Assembly (NCBI GenBank): GCA_902563335.1
Contig: CACEWU010000004.1
Coordinates: 6,932-70,931, forward strand
Reading direction: 5' to 3'
Origin: an uncultured Prochlorococcus sp.
GTDB lineage: Bacteria; Cyanobacteriota; Cyanobacteriia; PCC-6307; Cyanobiaceae
Length of the DNA: 64,000 bases
The notes beneath the pieces are model-generated. The model saw only the letters and a program-made list of their open reading frames with translations. It was not told the DNA's origin and did not search any database. The translations under genes were made by a program, and so were the position numbers. This document shows, in pieces, positions 60,948-64,000 of this stretch. Each line of letters starts with the position of its first letter. The first letter of the stretch is position 1.

Positions 60948-63170
60948 ATGGCAACGAAATTTCCCTCGTTCAGCCAGGGTCTGGCACAGGACCCTACAAC
61001 CCGCCGTATCTGGTACGGCATTGCCACGGCTCACGACTTCGAGAGCCACGACGGGATGACCGAAGAACAGCTTTACCAAAAGCTGTTCTCAACACACTTC
61101 GGTCATCTTGCGATTATTGGCCTTTGGGTTGCAGGTAACCTGTTCCACATCGCCTGGCAAGGCAACTTCGAGCAGTGGGTCACCGACCCTCTCCATGTTC
61201 GCCCAATCGCTCACGCAATCTGGGATCCCCACTTTGGGCAGGGCCTTACTGATGCCCTAACCCAAGCTGGTGCATCTGGCCCAGTCAATATCTGCTATTC
61301 CGGTCTATACCACTGGTGGTACACGATCGGTATGCGCACTAATGAGGAGCTCTTCCAAGGAGCGATATTCATCAACATCATGGTGTGCTGGCTTCTCTTT
61401 GGAGGCTGGTTACATCTTCAGCCAAAGTTCCGTCCATCCTTGGCATGGTTCAAGAACGCTGAAGCAATGTTGAACCATCACATTGCAGTGTTGTTTGGCT
61501 TCACAAATATCGCCTGGAACGCTCACTTGATTCACGTAGCAATTCCAGAATCACGCGGCATTCATGTTGGCTGGGACAACTGGCTGACTGTGTTACCTCA
61601 TCCAGAAGGACTAACACCTTTCTTTACAGGCAACTGGGGTGCTTATGCTCAGAATCCAGACTCCTTAGACCATGTATTCGGCACCACTCAAGGTGCAGGT
61701 ACTGCCATTTACACGTTTATGGGTGGATTACACCCAGATACAGGTGCTCTTTGGCTGACTGACATTGCTCATCATCACCTTGCTCTAGGTGTTGTGATGA
61801 TTATTGGAGGTCATATGTATCGCAATACCTTTGGCATAGGTCACACCCTTAAGGAGATCACTGAAGGTCACAACACTGATCATCCAAATGATCCGCATAC
61901 ATTTGGTCTCAGTCACAAAGGGATCTACGAAACTGTCAACAATTCATTGCATTTCCAACTTGGACTTGCATTGGCTTGCTTAGGGGTTGCCTGCAGTTTG
62001 GTTGCGCATCATATGGGTGCACTACCCTCTTATGCCTACATCGCGCAGGACTACACAACCCAATCGGCTCTTTATACCCATCATCAATACATAGCAATTT
62101 TATTGATGACTGGAGCTTTCTCCCATGGAGCTATTTTCTTCATTCGTGACTATGACCCTGAACTGAACAAAGACAATGTTCTTGCAAGGGTGTTAGGCAC
62201 CAAAGAAGCTCTAATTAGCCATCTAAGCTGGGTTTGTATGCTCCTTGGTTTCCATACCTTGGGTCTTTATGTACATAACGATGTATGTGTTGCCTTTGGT
62301 ACACCTGAGAAACAGATTCTGGTTGAGCCGGTTTTTGCCCAAGCAATACAAGCTTTTAGCGGAAAGGTTGTCTATGGCATTGATGCATTACTAGCTAATG
62401 CAAATAGTGCTGCAACATTGGCAGCAGCAAATGTTCCAGGCAATCACTACTGGATGGATATGATCAACGCGCAAGACGCGACGACAAACTTCCTACCTAT
62501 AGGTCCTGCTGACTTCTTGGTTCACCATGGCATAGCACTTGGTATCCATACAACAGCTTTGATCTTGATCAAAGGTGCCTTGGATGCAAGAGGTTCAAAG
62601 CTTATTCCTGATAAGAAAGACTTTGGCTATTCATTCCCTTGTGATGGTCCTGGACGTGGTGGTACTTGCGACTCATCTGCATGGGATGCGACCTACATGT
62701 CACTGTTCTGGTCAGTCAACACAATTGCTTGGGTCCAGTTCTATTGGCATTGGAAGCACCTTGCTATTTGGCAAGGTAACGTAGCCCAATTCAATGAGTC
62801 TGGTACTTACTTAATGGGTTGGTTCAGAGATTATCTATGGCTCAACAGCTCACAGTTAATCAATGGTTATAACCCATTTGGAGTCAATGAATTAGGTCCT
62901 TGGGCCTTCATGTTCCTCTGGGGCCACCTCGTATGGGCAACAGGATTTATGTTCCTGATCTCCTGGAGAGGATATTGGCAAGAGCTTATTGAGACTCTTG
63001 TATGGGCTCATCAACGCACACCTATTGCAAACCTGATTGGATGGAGAGATAAGCCAGTCGCTCTCTCAATCGTCCAAGCACGTTTAGTTGGTGTAACTCA
63101 CTTCGTTGTAGGTACTGCTGTAACCTATGCGGCCTTTGTTATCGGCTCAACTGCTGGCAAATTCGGATAG
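60948..63170 (+). CDS. psaB: photosystem I P700 apoprotein A2
   Basis: The N-terminus is [40 protein letters not shown], and the FX loop [15 protein letters not shown] is present. Confidence 0.98.
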   Translation: MATKFPSFSQGLAQDPTTRRIWYGIATAHDFESHDGMTEEQLYQKLFSTHFGHLAIIGLWVAGNLFHIAWQGNFEQWVTDPLHVRPIAHAIWDPHFGQGLTDALTQAGASGPVNICYSGLYHWWYTIGMRTNEELFQGAIFINIMVCWLLFGGWLHLQPKFRPSLAWFKNAEAMLNHHIAVLFGFTNIAWNAHLIHVAIPESRGIHVGWDNWLTVLPHPEGLTPFFTGNWGAYAQNPDSLDHVFGTTQGAGTAIYTFMGGLHPDTGALWLTDIAHHHLALGVVMIIGGHMYRNTFGIGHTLKEITEGHNTDHPNDPHTFGLSHKGIYETVNNSLHFQLGLALACLGVACSLVAHHMGALPSYAYIAQDYTTQSALYTHHQYIAILLMTGAFSHGAIFFIRDYDPELNKDNVLARVLGTKEALISHLSWVCMLLGFHTLGLYVHNDVCVAFGTPEKQILVEPVFAQAIQAFSGKVVYGIDALLANANSAATLAAANVPGNHYWMDMINAQDATTNFLPIGPADFLVHHGIALGIHTTALILIKGALDARGSKLIPDKKDFGYSFPCDGPGRGGTCDSSAWDATYMSLFWSVNTIAWVQFYWHWKHLAIWQGNVAQFNESGTYLMGWFRDYLWLNSSQLINGYNPFGVNELGPWAFMFLWGHLVWATGFMFLISWRGYWQELIETLVWAHQRTPIANLIGWRDKPVALSIVQARLVGVTHFVVGTAVTYAAFVIGSTAGKFG

Positions 63171-63221
63171 GGAATATCTCTCTCCTCTATCAAAGTGTAG
63201 TTTTAGCGAAAGGTTCCTTAA

Positions 63222-63255
63222 CCCCGTCAGTTTCTAACTGACGGGGTTTTTTATT
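63222..63255 (+). terminator. psaAB intrinsic terminator
   Basis: An 11-bp stem CCCCGTCAGTT/AACTGACGGGG (63222-32 / 63236-46) with a 3-nt loop is followed by TTTTTTATT. Confidence 0.9.
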
Positions 63256-63418
63256 GGAGATACACAGAAACAAAAAACTACGCTATGCAAAAAGCCAATC
63301 TAGATATAAAAAACTTGTATTTTTTTTTGCAAACAGCAAGCCTAATAAATACACCCCTAAGAGACTTAAGCGAACCATCATTATCCAAAGTCAATTAATG
63401 TAGTTTCATTCCGTCTTA

Positions 63419-63478
63419 CGAAAAAAACCTCAATTCAAGAGTACTTAATTAGCATTAATTAAATACTCTTGAATTGAG
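63419..63478 (-). terminator. long hairpin terminator downstream of the 63581-63802 ORF
   Basis: A 15-bp stem CTCAATTCAAGAGTA (63429-43) / TACTCTTGAATTGAG (63464-78) has a further 6-bp TTAATT/AATTAA extension. On the minus strand it is followed by U7 (A7 at 63421-27 on the plus strand). Confidence 0.75.
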
Positions 63479-63580
63479 CAAATTATCACTAATAATTTTA
63501 GCCAGTATTAAATCATAGGCGACCAAATCATATCTCCTTTAAAATACTTACTAAATATTTAAATCCACCAAAAGGTTTCA

Positions 63581-63802
63581 CTAGGAAAGTTCATTTTGGC
63601 TTGGATTGTCTTGATCTTCTGCGGATATTCGCTTTAGGAACTGATTCCATTTAGTCGGCCAAATTGATCGAAATATAACCGCAATAACTAATAAATAGAA
63701 GCATCCTTCAATTGGATGTTGAATATTAGACAATGGAGGCAATTGGCGCATAATTGCATTTATTCCATTCAACATTGCGTTTGAAGCCTCATTGAAAACC
63801 AA
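63581..63802 (-). CDS. hypothetical small protein with one hydrophobic helix
   Basis: The ORF has 73 codons from TTG 63802, or 64 codons from ATG 63775. It contains the helix GCFYLLVIAVIFRSIW. Strong hairpin terminators lie on both sides. I recognise no family. Confidence 0.4.
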   Translation of the reverse strand: MVFNEASNAMLNGINAIMRQLPPLSNIQHPIEGCFYLLVIAVIFRSIWPTKWNQFLKRISAEDQDNPSQNELS

Positions 63803-63876
63803 AAACTGACTGAAAGTTTGACCCTAATTTACTTAAAATCATACTAAGTTCTTTAAAAATCTGTATAACCTCTAAA

Positions 63877-63923
63877 AATAATTAATCTCCTGGTGCACAA
63901 AAGGCCCCAGGAGATTAATTATT
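63877..63923. terminator. 17-bp hairpin, bidirectional terminator-like
   Basis: AATAATTAATCTCCTGG (63877-93) pairs with CCAGGAGATTAATTATT (63907-23) around a 13-nt loop. U-runs follow on both strands. It lies 34 nt downstream of the minus-strand partial CDS. Confidence 0.7.
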
Positions 63924-63956
63924 ATTTTTCTAGCTTGTTCCCAGCCTAGCTATAAG

Positions 63957-64000
63957 TTAGCCGACCCAAGGGAAGAAGGCTCCCTGCTTCATCAAGGTGT
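63957..64000 (-). CDS. 3' end of a minus-strand gene entering from beyond the window
   Basis: The reverse-strand reading is ...TLMKQGAFFPWVG*, with the stop TAA at 63957-59 followed by the 63877-63923 terminator. Too little sequence is present to identify the gene. Confidence 0.3.
   Translation of the reverse strand, partial: TLMKQGAFFPWVG

Noticed and set aside
63283-63381. A 32-codon minus-strand ORF (MMVRLSLLGVYLLGLLFAKKNTSFLYLDWLFA) lies downstream of psaB.
   Set aside because: It is hydrophobic, but it sits downstream of the strong minus-strand terminator at 63419-63478 with no visible promoter. It matches no small photosystem subunit that I recognise. It remains only a remote possibility.

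Overview
The window looks like a compact, low-GC core-genome segment of a marine picocyanobacterium, most likely a Prochlorococcus-type genome. This identification is an inference from several features: split rpoC1/rpoC2, psaA-psaB, psbA with a Prochlorococcus-like C-terminal tail, Fd-GOGAT, an HLIP gene, very short intergenic spacers, and frequent TTG/GTG starts. I support about 56 protein-coding genes, two of which are partial at the window edges. They include bioD-bioA, rpoB-rpoC1-rpoC2, rpsT, the rimP-nusA-ylxR-infB operon, psbA, rne-rnhB, the str operon (rpsL-rpsG-fusA-tuf) plus rpsJ, gltB, lipA, a cbiG/cobJ fusion and psaA-psaB. There are two tRNAs, Thr-CGU and Pro-CGG, and several clear intrinsic terminators. 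I found no rRNA, CRISPR array, transposase, integrase, or recognisable defence or toxin-antitoxin module, so this is an ordinary housekeeping and photosynthesis region rather than an accessory island. Two genes shorter than the ORF-track cutoff turned up by reading the spacers. One is a 50-aa high-light-inducible protein whose stop overlaps the rlmN start. The other is a weaker 41-codon single-helix membrane ORF. The best candidates for under-described biology are listed here:
- A translationally coupled DUF2997 / Ycf35 / Fed7-like ferredoxin / aldo-keto reductase operon.
- A fused radical-SAM + DUF2344 protein directly upstream of rne-rnhB.
- A B12-domain radical SAM gene divergent from psbA.
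- A GC-rich, multi-hairpin psaA leader preceded by an unusually long AT-rich spacer that carries a 12-nt inverted repeat.
- A perfect 13-bp hairpin in the tatD-rpoB spacer.
- A terminator-bracketed orphan ORF downstream of psaB.
All functional assignments come from motif and family recognition by eye. No database search was run.
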